From assembly GCA_002269645.1 (NCBI GenBank), contig NIVC01001387.1, positions 235,118 through 299,117 on the forward strand: 64,000 nt of DNA, read 5' to 3'. Positions 33,860 through 45,100 of this stretch are shown one piece after another; within the stretch, counting starts at the first letter, position 1, and each line of letters opens with the position of its first letter. Origin of the DNA: Macrostomum lignano (Eukaryota). The notes under the pieces are model-generated. The model saw only the letters and a list, made by a program, of their open reading frames with translations. It had not been told where the DNA came from and searched no databases. A program made the position numbers and the translations under genes.

Positions 33860-35104
33860 TCAGCCACGATGACGACACAACCTCCCAGTCAGAGTGGAGA
33901 TCTCTTTGCGCACCTGATCGCTGGTACAAACGAACAGAAACAGGTTCAGCATAGAGTCGACGCCAACCAGGATGTTGGAAATGTGCACGCTGCTGCTGAA
34001 CCTGTAGCCTATCAGCTCCATCAAGCTGCCGGGAGTCTCTAGCACGATGAAGGCCAGAGCGATGGCTACTACGTTGGTGGTTGCCCTAATCAATCGCTGC
34101 TGCTGTTTAAGTTCCTGCTGAGTCATTGCAGAACTGACGATTGGAGGTGTCACTGCCGACATAGCTGCCATCGTTCCTGACGGGCCTCGGTTGTCTTCGC
34201 CACTGTAGTGACTCTGAGGCTCGTCGCCTTCTTGAACAACTTCGGCAATAGCGACAGTTTGGTAGCCATGGAGAGCGAGCACGTGAAGCTGCACGGCTGG
34301 ACCCAGGCGGACGTCCGATCGATGCTGCTGACGCTGCTGCGTCTGTCCATGCAGCCGCTGTCTCTGAGGACATCGGCAACGCTTCTTAGCAAGATTGAGC
34401 ACTATCAGCACAGTACTCACCAGCACTAAGCAGTTGGGCACTGGCAGCTGCAGAACGATGACAATCTTCTCTAGCGTTGTTGCTTTAAGTCGAAATGCGA
34501 CAAATCGAACGACGGCCGAGGTCAGACTGCCAACGGTGCAGACGCACCAGAAGCGAACGTAAAGTCGACGGGTGATACGGCGTCGGGCTTGAATCGGACT
34601 GATGATGATCAGGCAGCGAACCAGCGACAGCAGGGTGATCCACCAGTTCCGGCCGAACAGAAACCCGTTCGTCATGCAGAAGAGCGCCAAAAAGCGCAGC
34701 GAGAATTGACTGTCCGAGACAACCTCAGCTGGCAGGCTGCTCGAGTTGAGCAAACTGAACAGCTCCAACCCGTAATCTAGTCCGAGATGCGGTTTTGTCG
34801 AGTTCTTCATCACGATGCTATCCAAGCCGACAGTAATCAGCTGGCTGTCCTCCAGCAGCAGCACGGGCTCTGACTGGTCCTGCAGCAGGAACTGGGCGCT
34901 AAACGCGCAGTTGAACAAATCGAAGGCGAAATTGCTTACACAGAGAATGGCGAAAGCCATCAGCGAAGCGCTGGCTCTGTGGCGTCGTTGTAGCAGCATT
35001 CGGGCAAAGATGAAGATAGCAAACGCGTTGCACACTAGGCCGATGGCGCTTAGCACCAGGTTGCATAACCAGAAGGCTCTATCAATGGCTGAAGACAGAT
35101 GCAT
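33860..35104 (-). CDS. Intronless orphan rhodopsin-like (class A) GPCR, about 414 aa
   Basis: First ATG at 35104. About seven hydrophobic segments, TM1 GLVCN, TM3 RNWWITLLSLVRCLII, TM6 IALAFIVLETP, TM7 DSMLNLFLFV, and a long Q-rich third intracellular loop. Confidence 0.85.
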   Translation of the reverse strand: MHLSSAIDRAFWLCNLVLSAIGLVCNAFAIFIFARMLLQRRHRASASLMAFAILCVSNFAFDLFNCAFSAQFLLQDQSEPVLLLEDSQLITVGLDSIVMKNSTKPHLGLDYGLELFSLLNSSSLPAEVVSDSQFSLRFLALFCMTNGFLFGRNWWITLLSLVRCLIIISPIQARRRITRRLYVRFWCVCTVGSLTSAVVRFVAFRLKATTLEKIVIVLQLPVPNCLVLVSTVLIVLNLAKKRCRCPQRQRLHGQTQQRQQHRSDVRLGPAVQLHVLALHGYQTVAIAEVVQEGDEPQSHYSGEDNRGPSGTMAAMSAVTPPIVSSAMTQQELKQQQRLIRATTNVVAIALAFIVLETPGSLMELIGYRFSSSVHISNILVGVDSMLNLFLFVCTSDQVRKEISTLTGRLCRHRG

Positions 35105-35389
35105 TTCTGTGTTCCGATCTGACCTTCGAATGTGTTTTTTTGTCAATTTCCTGAGGCACTGTATGAAAAGCGGACTAAATCCAGAAGCTTATAATCTGTC
35201 GTTTCCAACACGCCTCAAGCCGTTTGTTGATTCACCCACGTTAATTTTCCTGGAACGGGATTGGACGATGCGCTTCGCGATAGGAGAGTGAACACCTGAG
35301 CTTTTGGAAGCAGCCTTTCGATCCCTATCTAATATATAATGCTCGAGTGCCGAGTGGGCAAAGCATAGGATTATATCTGCATCTTCACA

Positions 35390-35530
35390 ATATGCATCAA
35401 CTACAGTGTACAATATGCATCAACTACAGTATACAATATGCATCAACTACAGTGTACAATATGTATCAACTACAGTGTACAATATGCATCAAATTACAGT
35501 GTACAATATGCATCAACTACAGTGTAAAAT
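35390..35530. repeat. 23-bp tandem repeat TGCATCAACTACAGTGTACAATA
   Basis: About 6 copies. Confidence 0.9.
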
Positions 35531-36082
35531 ATGAATAAAAATACAGTGCACATTTTTTTAATCATTTATTGTGTCAAAAAGATGGTAAGGATATTTAATG
35601 ACTAGAAATCCTCCCTGCTTATATACTTGGTACATACACCAGTAAATAGACCCAGTTATACAGAGCCAGCATAAACAAGGTGCTTTGAGTTGAGCTCAAT
35701 TATTTACGAATCGAACCACACCTGATGCTTGCTATGGCAAGTCGCGCCTGGCTAAGGAGGCAATTTTCTCTGTTTCGAGTGTTTTTCCGCATTTGCAGGA
35801 TGCTGCGATCAGTCAGCTGCCAGCTGCAAGTGGCGAGTCCTACAGCGCGACTTTTTAGCGAACTAATTTAGTTTCTTTAGAATGAAAACAGGTGTTGGTG
35901 ATGGAGTGCGTGCTCCTATGCAGTCTGTATTGATAGCTCGTACTAATATTGCCTTCCACTTGAGGCATGGTGATGCTGAGGCGAAAAACAAAGGTCACTG
36001 GGAAACTAGAGGAGTAGAAATGTAGGTGAGGTAGAGAGAGGTGACTAAATGTACTTGATGGTAGATTGGGATGGAGAGTGAA

Positions 36083-36522
36083 GTAGCAGGGTAGCTGGGG
36101 TAGCAGGGTAGCAGGGTAGCAGGGTAGCAGGGTAGCTGGGGTAGCAGGGTAGCAGGGTAGCAGGGTAGCAGGGTAGCTGGGGTAGCTGGGGTAGCAGGGT
36201 AGCAGGGTAGCAGGGTAGCTGGGGTAGCTGGGGTAGCAGGGTAGCAGGGTAGCAGGGTAGCAGGGTAGCAGGGTAGCAGGGTAGCTGGGGTAGCAGGGTA
36301 GCAGGGTAGCAGGGTAGCAGGGTAGCAGGGTAGCAGGGTAGCAGGGTAGCTGGGGTAGCAGGGTAGCAGGGTAGCAGGGTAGCAGGGTAGCAGGGTAGCA
36401 GGGTAGCAGGGTAGCAGGGTAGCAGGGTAGCTGGGGTAGCAGGGTAGCTGGGGTAGCAGGGTAGCAGGGTAGCAGGGTAGCAGGGTAGCAGGGTAGCAGG
36501 GTAGCAGGGTAGCAGGGTAGCT
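36083..36522. repeat. 8/9-bp repeat GGGTAGCA / GGGTAGCTG
   Basis: Directly visible. Confidence 0.96.
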
Positions 36523-36879
36523 GCATTTACCGCATTTTGTCTTCTAATGGTTTTCACTCGGTAGAAAGGCCCTTAAAAGCGTTAGCATTAATTTTTTCTG
36601 AAAATTTCCGCCATCACCATTAAATACATGTAAAGCCACTGCTCGTGTATTCCCAACAGGATTTCAATAACGTTTTCTTTCATTTTGACTACTTTACGAA
36701 ATATTACACAGATAGGAAATTGAAATCGTCATGATGGAATCGATTGGAAATTTTAATTGATTTTTTTCAATATCCCTCAGTCACAAATTTAAAATCCTTT
36801 ACGTGAAAAAATCTATTTCCAGTCAATAAAATACGGTAAATACAATAAAATGTTTTTATGCTGAAGCTGTACCTAGGCA

Positions 36880-37850
36880 TGGATACTTCATAGGTACTTC
36901 ATGGGTACTTCATGGCTTACTTCATGGGTACTTCATGGATACTTCAGGGTACTTCATGGATACTTTCATGCTCATCGGTACTTCATGCTCATGGTTACTT
37001 CATGCTCATGGTTACTTCATGCTCATGGGTACTTCATGCTCATGGGTACTTCATGCTCATGGGTACTTCATGCTCATGGGTACTTCATGCTCATGGGTAC
37101 TTCATGCTCATGGGTACTTCATAGTCATGGGTACTTCATGCTCATGGGTACTTCATGCTCATGGGTACTTCATGCTCATGGGTACTTCATGCTCATGGGT
37201 ACTTCATGCTCATGGGTACTTCATGCTCATGGGTACTTCATGCTCATGGGTACTTCATAGTCATGGGTACTTCATGCTCATGGGTACTTCATGCTCATGG
37301 GTACTTCATGCTCATGGGTACTTCATGCTCATGGGTACTTCATGCTCATGGGTACTTCATGCTCATGGGTACTTCATGCTCATGGGTACTTCATGCTCAT
37401 GGGTACTTCATGCTCATGGGTACTTCATGCTCATGGGTACTTCATGCTCATGGGTACTTCATGCTCATGGGTACTTCATGCTCATGGGTACTTCATGCTC
37501 ATGGGTACTTCATGCTCATGGGTACTTCATGCTCATGGGTACTTCATGCTCATGGGTACTTCATGCTCATGGGTACTTCATGCTCATGGGTACTTCATGC
37601 TCATGGGTACTTCATGCTCATGGGTACTTCATGCTCATGGGTACTTCATGCTCATGGGTACTTCATGCTCATGGGTACTTCATGCTCATGGGTACTTCAT
37701 GCTCATGGGTACTTCATGCTCATGGGTACTTCATGCTCATGGGTACTTCATGCTCATGGGTACTTCATGCTCATGGGTACTTCATGCTCATGGGTACTTC
37801 ATGCTCATGGGTACTTCATGCTCATGGGTACTTCATGCTCATGGGTACTT
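36880..37850. repeat. 17-bp minisatellite CATGGGTACTTCATGCT
   Basis: Highly homogeneous array. Confidence 0.97.
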
Positions 37851-40800
37851 CATTCTCTTCGTCAGATATACCTGCACATCTGCACACTGGCACCTGTACA
37901 CTGCATGAGTGAAATGTGTTTGAGTAAATCGAATGAGCATTCATTCCTGTAGTTAAGCAGTCAATATTGAACTTTGAATAGCAGTTCACGCTTTTTGCGA
38001 AGCCTTTCAACTGACATAGTTAGTCTCAGTCAAGCGTAAAGAGGGTGATTCTCCTTTAAGAATCAGCTATAGTTCGCTGCAATACCGATAACGCAGGCTG
38101 TTTAATTATAGCCATAGCTATTAGCATCAGGGCAGGCTGACGCAACAGCTTGCAATTAAAGCGAAACCTTTTTAATGCGCGGAAACTAGCAATATATTTT
38201 ATGAAGCCTTCGAATCTTTGTGATTTTTGACTATAGTTGCTCGAGTACTCGTACTTGAAATCAGACAGCGAGAGAGAGAACGGTGAAGAGAGAAGAGAGA
38301 ACGCTCCAAGTTAAAGCCCTCTACACTGTCGGAGTAGGCTGATTGGTAATCGGTGTAAAAGCACACACAGAGTCTCGAAGCGAAAGCCTAACGAACACTG
38401 TTTTATGAAGGACTGCTAGCTTTTAGCTTTTAAAAGAAATGCATTTAGCGGCCGTCTCCGAGAGTCGAAGGCCCAGAAAACCCTGAGGGGTTTGGGCCAC
38501 AGACACTAGCTGTTGCTGCTAAAGCTTAAGAGCAGCTGAAACTACAGTCTATGGTCTTAATCCCGGGGTTTTCGCGCTGCGGCCAGGCGGCTAGTGGCCT
38601 ATCTAGGAGTTTATAGAATCTGTGGCTAAGCCTGGTTGTGCCATAGACAAAATCATTTTGGGTGCTCCAGCGAGCTGATCCCTTCCCTGCAAGCTCCTTG
38701 CAAGCCATAGAAATATATCGAAACTCATTTATTTTCAGTCGCATTAAACTGATTCGAAAATGAATGGAGAGTAAATTGATTTAATTTGTTCATGTCTGTT
38801 GAACGCCTGTTTATGTACATGTACCGCGACATTTCGACAGTTTTCTAAATTGTCTAGGCATTTCTACGAGCGTAAAAGGTAAAGTTAGCGTTTACTGGAG
38901 AGTTATTTGAAGGTTTCATCTAGATCTTTCTTCACTGATTTGTTAAACTATATTGTTCTCTTTGATATAGAACACCAATGAACTATACCGGGTGGCGCTC
39001 ACGAAAGCGCACAAGCACACGATCGCTTCCGGCCGCTACGCGCGTTCCGCCATCTCCACTTGCAGCCCACGAAGCCATCGATGCCCACCCCACTTCTTCA
39101 ATGAGGTGACGTCAGTCGGATAGAGCAAGCCCTCTCTGTGTTCACGTGTCACACGCGTCATGACGTCCTTTTATTAGGGATTAAATTGTTGTGATTGTTC
39201 ACCCGCATTCATCAAACTTTTAAATTAAATTTAATTTAAATATCGCCGTAATAATACTCTGAGAAAAAATCAGCGCCTTTTAAATCGAAACCTTACGTGT
39301 AACGTCGAATTAAATAATTATACAACAGCTGCATGGCGTTCGGGATGGACTGAGCGCTGTCGTATTGCATTAGTGATTGATAATTGTGGAGGGCCTGGAC
39401 TAATGCGCTTCTTGGTGCATTAATAACAATGGTTGATTCAAAAAGGCGTTGCCAGTCGTACACTAGTAGATAGTTAATTATCAGGCAGTAGTGCATAATT
39501 TAAGGGGCCCCTTTCATTGAAAATTATTAACATTTAACGCGCCATCTTCTATTCGAACTAGCATGTAATGACTAGATTTGTAGGGGGCGTTTGACAATCA
39601 CGAAATTCACATCGTCGAAAGAGAATGTTTTACAAGATGGAAACTTTATTAGGTCGAAACGTTCGAAACTTCCTCAAGCTCGAAACATCAAATCGTCGAA
39701 TTAAAGGTCTTAATTGGTCTCCTTCATAACCTCGAAGCTCTATTGAAGTTTCGACGTTCTGCGATGATGTGAAATTTCGAGCTTGTGATGGCGACGCTTC
39801 TATCAATACAATGCATTCTCAATCCAGCGTTCGCATACAGAAGTTACATGTATTTACACGAGTCGGCCGAATGTTGAGAGGATCAATTCTGAGGATTTAG
39901 GCTGGTGTAAATAAAAAAACATCTGATATTGAGAAAATCACGAAGCAAGTAAGATCGCTTTTGGGCTTCTCTTTTGACATCAAAGGAACCTTGGACAAAG
40001 TTAAATTTGGTGATCCTCCAAAGACGCTATTTTACAGAGTGTGATGAATTCGGCCTTCATAAGCCATAATACCAAAGAGGCTTGTCGGGTCTCATAGCAA
40101 AGAAATCATTTATCCGCTTAATACTCCGGCTTTCCAGACCCGTCAGATGGCCCCAAGGTGGAAATCAGCTAGTACGGAGATGTTGTTAATCCAACCGCGG
40201 CCCCGTGTCAACCTGTCAACAGCTTCTTGATCATGCATTTTGACCATGCGAGGACGTACAGTACAGACGTACAGTACAGATGTACAGACGTACAGGACGT
40301 TAAGGCGATCAGAGGGTCCAGCTAGGGATTGTAGTACATTATCAATTTTTACATGAAATCTTCTGGTCATAAATGTGAATGAAAATCTAAAATAGCGCTT
40401 GAGACCGGCCTATACATGTACATGTAAGCTGATGAATTCGATCCTTATGTAAGCCTCAGTCATGTAAGCCTCAGTACGTCAGCACAAAGTGCACGTGCAT
40501 GCCTTGTGTTTGGATTCTTGAGTAATATTGATCGATCGACTGAGTTACTGTTTGGTCTTCGGTTCACTGTCGCGCTCACCTTCAGCTGACAGTATCTGCT
40601 CATCTGAGCTCGGATCGCGAATCAAGGAAAGAAAACAAAATATATCTGATCAAAATTTGCCTGATCGAGCTTGCATCTACAGCTAATTATTAGAGCTATA
40701 TTAAACGATGGGTTTCTGCCTCGAACTGTTCAGCTCATGAAAACAAGTAAGCAAAATGCAAAGTAGATTGTATAGTATGTTTCGGAGTTTAATATAATGG

Positions 40801-42149
40801 CCAAAACACGAGTGCGCGTAATAGCCAGTGCGTGTTCAAATTATGTTTGTGCATTTAAAGCTTATTATACACTCGTATTTTGCGGAAACGAGAGATTGCG
40901 GAAACATTTTTTTCATAAATGTCTTTGAACAAATATGTACCGTATTCAAGATTTTCGTCTCTGAAAACAGCAAATTTGAAAGACAATTAGTCAAGTACCA
41001 TATTTAAATAGCACTAAATAAACCGTAAGTGTCGTGTTATAACAAAATATATAATATTTAAAGCTAAAGCTTTACAGAAATATACATGCTAAGCTTTATG
41101 ACTTTAAAGAAATATTCTTTATTTTTTTTAAATTACTAAAACAATAAAATACAAATTAATAAACTGTATGGTGTGTCTGGTTCAGTTTCCTTAAAAATTA
41201 GTATTTTTCTAAAATATTCATTGAACAGCTTCGACACCTGGTGTATCTTTTCGTTGTCGATAGTTGCGACATGTTTGTTAATCGAATATTTTAGGTTTTT
41301 GCATTATCGCCAACTTTGTATACATTTTGGACAGAATTACTGGCATATTGTAAAAGAAATATTTACTTTACTTTTCCCTTGCATTAGGCTCAGATTTTAA
41401 GAAGTCTGAGAGGATAAGCTTATGCCAGACTTAGGAAAACATAGAAAATGCACATTTTAAATAATAAATTCTATTTCTAATTTAAAATATAGTACATAAA
41501 CATGTAAAACTATATAAATTAATAACAAATAAGTAGCTGCAGTGTGTTGAATATTATGTTGTCTTAGTGGTAAATATGTTAAAAAAATTTTTTTTTAGAA
41601 TTGGTAATAGAATCAACCCAATTGCTAGAATGCTAGTCAATTCTAGAAATATTTCTGCTTATTATAGCTTTATTATTAAAAACTTTCTTTTTATCATTAT
41701 CATGTTACTAGGTTGCCAATTTAACAGAAATTAAAGTACTTAGACCCTGAAACTACTTGCTTTAGATTTTGTAGTAGCTTGTTGCATTTAATTAAAATAA
41801 GTCATCCTAGGCATTATTCTTCCTTTTTTAAACCATAAATGAAACCCCATATAATGTATTATTATATACAAATACTATAATATATATTACAGATGTTTCA
41901 CCTTTTAAAATTCAGTTTCGTCTGCTTAGATTTATTTAAAATATTTCCAAGTGAAGCTTATGTCGTTTAAATAAAATGTACATTGGTACAAAGCATTTTT
42001 ATCAAAAACTATTTTACTAAAACAAATAATTTATGAAAAAATTGTTCAAATCAGTAAACTAAATTTTTCCTACTAATAGAATCGACACTAATCTTGAGCA
42101 GAAATCGCAGCTAATTTGGGACACGGAAAAACCAGTATAATACAATGTC

Positions 42150-42163
42150 ATCGTCATGGTAAC
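42150..42163 (+). promoter_or_regulatory. X-box ATCGTCATGGTAAC upstream of the TOGARAM1 start codon
   Basis: Matches the RTHNYYWTRRNRAC consensus and ends 35 bp before the ATG at 42199. Confidence 0.6.
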
Positions 42164-42198
42164 TAACAGCAGCGAAGTCAGATTTCCCATAGCTCGGC

Positions 42199-45100
42199 AT
42201 GGCTAGTCAAGTCGCTTTCAATTCGCCGGCCTACTCAGCAATGTCCGCCTCGTCTTCATCGTCTGCTTCTGTCGGCTCGGCCACCCTGGCCAGCCTCGGA
42301 ACGGGCAGTCAGGAGGAAACTGAGCGGCTCCTCCGTCACGTGACCGAAGACGCCGGCCTGCGCAAGGAGGCTCTGGACGCGCTGATCCGAGCGGCAAGGC
42401 GGGGCAGCGGCCGACTGTCGCTGCGGAGTCCCCTTGGCCTGTTCCAGCCGGTCAGCCTGGCGCTGCGCGACCCGGACTGGGAGGTTCGCAACAAGGCGAT
42501 TAACCTGCTGGTTGAGGTGACGCCCAGGTTTGGCCAGCAGTTAAGCGAAGGCATGGCCGAGGTTCTGCCGGGGCTCGTGGCCTGCCTTGCTGATATCAAA
42601 GTGGCCAACAGGTGAGTACAGGGTTGCGTATTTAGCTGTATTTATGTAACTTTCATGCACTCTCAGTGCTCAAGTGCTCAAGCTTTGGCGCCTTTTTTAC
42701 AGTACCTGGTAGCTGTGTGACGCCCCTTTCACAGTTAGCTTTGTAGCGCACCTTCCCTTCAAATGCAATGGCGCCCCTGTTGCTGGCGCCTCTGCTGCTG
42801 GCGCCCCTGTTGCTGACGCCTCTGGTGCTGGCGCCTCTTGTGCTGGCGCTTCTGGTGCTGGCGCCTCTGGTGCTGGCGCCTCTGGTGCTGGCGCCTCTGG
42901 TGCTGGCGCCTCTGGTGCTGGCGCCTCTGGTGCTGGCGCCTCTGGTGCTGGCGCCTCTGGTGCTGGCGCCTCTGGTGCTGGCGCCTCTGGTGCTGGCGCC
43001 TCTGGTGCTGGCGCCTCTGGTGCTGGCGCCTCTGGTGCTGGCGCCTCTGGTGCTGGCGCCTCTGGTGCTGGAGCCTCTGGTGCTGGCGCCTCTGGTGCTG
43101 GCGCCTCTGGTGCTGGCGCCCCCCCCCAAAGAAGACCTACAGCCCTGCATCAAATTGCCAGCTATACAGTCCATGCCTGACCCACTGCCGCACTGCAGAC
43201 GGGCCACAACGCAGTGCCTGCACACCTATATGAAAACAATGGGCAGCGCCAACACTGAGCCAGTCCTTGGCGCCATTATTCGCTACGGTTTGGACGCGGC
43301 CGATCCGGAGATTCAACGAAACGTCTGCGTCTCTGTGCCGGTGCTGCTTACCCCGGATTTAGCCGGGGGAAATTTCTCCCAACTGGTTGCGGCGCTGGCA
43401 AAATGCCTCACCAGCAAGGACGAGGCCATGGCCAATGCGGCGCTGCACGCTTTGGAGGCGATTCGATCGACTCTGGGGGACCAGCTATTTAATGGCTACC
43501 TGCAGCAGCTGAACCCGCCGCTGCGGAGATACTATTTCCAGGTGAATTTTTGCTGCTTTGGTTTAGACTAGGGACCGTGGATTGGTAGTTGAGCTGATTT
43601 AGGAATGGATTGGTTTATTTTAGGTTAGGTTTTGTTTCAAGAAAGAATAAGCCGGTTTAGTTTCAGGGGCGGATTGGTTTAGTTTTAGGAGCGGATTGGT
43701 TTAGTTGTAGGGGCGGATTGGTTTAGTTGTAGGGGCGGATTGGTTTAGTTGTAGGGGCGGATTGGTTTAGTTTTAGGGGCGGATTGGTTTAGTTTTAGGG
43801 GCGGATTGGTTTAGTTTTAGGAGCGGATTGGTTTAGTTGTAGGGGCGGATTGGTTTAGTTGTAGGGGCGGATTGGTTTAGTTGTAGGGGCGGATTGGTTT
43901 AGTTTTAGGAGCGGATTGGTTTAGTTGTAGGGGCGGATTGGTTTAGTTTTAGGAGCGGATTGGTTTAGTTGTAGGGGCGGATTGGTTTAGTTTCAGGGGC
44001 GGATTGGTTTAGTTTTAGGGGCGGATTGGTTTAGTTTCAGGGGCGGATTGGTTTAGTTTTAGGGGCGGATTGGTTTAGTTTCAGGGGCGGATTGGTTTAG
44101 TTTTAGGGGCGGATTGGTTTAGTTGTAGGGGCGGATTGGTTTAGTTTCAGGGGCGGATTGGTTTAGTTTTAGGGGCGGATTGGTTTAGTTTCAGGGGCGG
44201 ATTGGTTTAGTTTTAGGGGCGGATTGGTTTAGTTTCAGGGGCGGATTGGTTTAGTTTTAGGGGCGGATTGGTTTAATTTCAGGGGCGGATTGGTTTAGTT
44301 TTAGGGGCGGATTGGTTTAGTTTTAGGGTTTAGGGTTTAGTTTTAGCATACCAGTTCAGCCTAGCGCATTCATACTCATGCACTCATACTCTCGAGTGCT
44401 CTTTGTCTAGCAACTACGAGTAATTCATCGAAATTTCGTTAGTGAAAGCAGAAAATTTCTCTTTGCCTCATCATGTTTGTCTGTGCCGAACGCCGGCGTT
44501 TGTTAAACAAACTGAAGGTCTCGTAAACGGAGTGACACTTTAGCAAGCTGTAGCTAGGGGGGGGGGACTTTCCCTCCCCTCTCTTACCTGTGCGAAGGCA
44601 GCAATGCCTGGGGAGACGGTGAGTGAAAGGAGAGAAAAGTTGAGACGCGATAAAAAATAACAGCAGAAATTACTGAACCAAAAGATTATAAAAGCAAGTG
44701 TGCGCGCAAACTGTATACCTGCAGCGACTTAGTGCGTGGGTTGGAGAGTTGTATTTAAAGCGATGCTCTGATAGACCTTACATTCAGGCATAGCTGAAAA
44801 CATACAGAAAACACAGTCATCTTACTGCCCCAATTTTGAACTATTTCTACAAGGTCTCCGGTCACGTGGACCCGTCATTAATTTCCATGGCAACGGCTGC
44901 CGTGGACGCGGCCGCGCTTTCCCGAAGTCCCAACATGCAGAGAAGACCAATTCCTGGAATATCTGACTCGACAGTCACCCAGCAATACTATCCAACTCAG
45001 CAGCAGCAGCAGCAACAACAGCAACAGCAATATTACCAGCCAGCAAAGCAATCCACGGCTTCCAACGATGCATTTGGTTGCGTTCCTCGCAACTTGGTCG

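Noticed and set aside
38470-38512. Helitron 3' end (GGCCC…GGGCC hairpin then CTAG)
   Set aside because: CTAG is followed by C rather than T and no 5' TC end or Rep/Hel sequence was found.
40143-40370. Degenerate RT-like fragment (FHVKIDNVLQSL…GPS)
   Set aside because: The resemblance is too weak and interrupted by a short repeat to support without a search.
44320-44345. Telomere-like TTTAGGG copies
   Set aside because: Only two copies, arising from decay of the adjoining 22-bp array.
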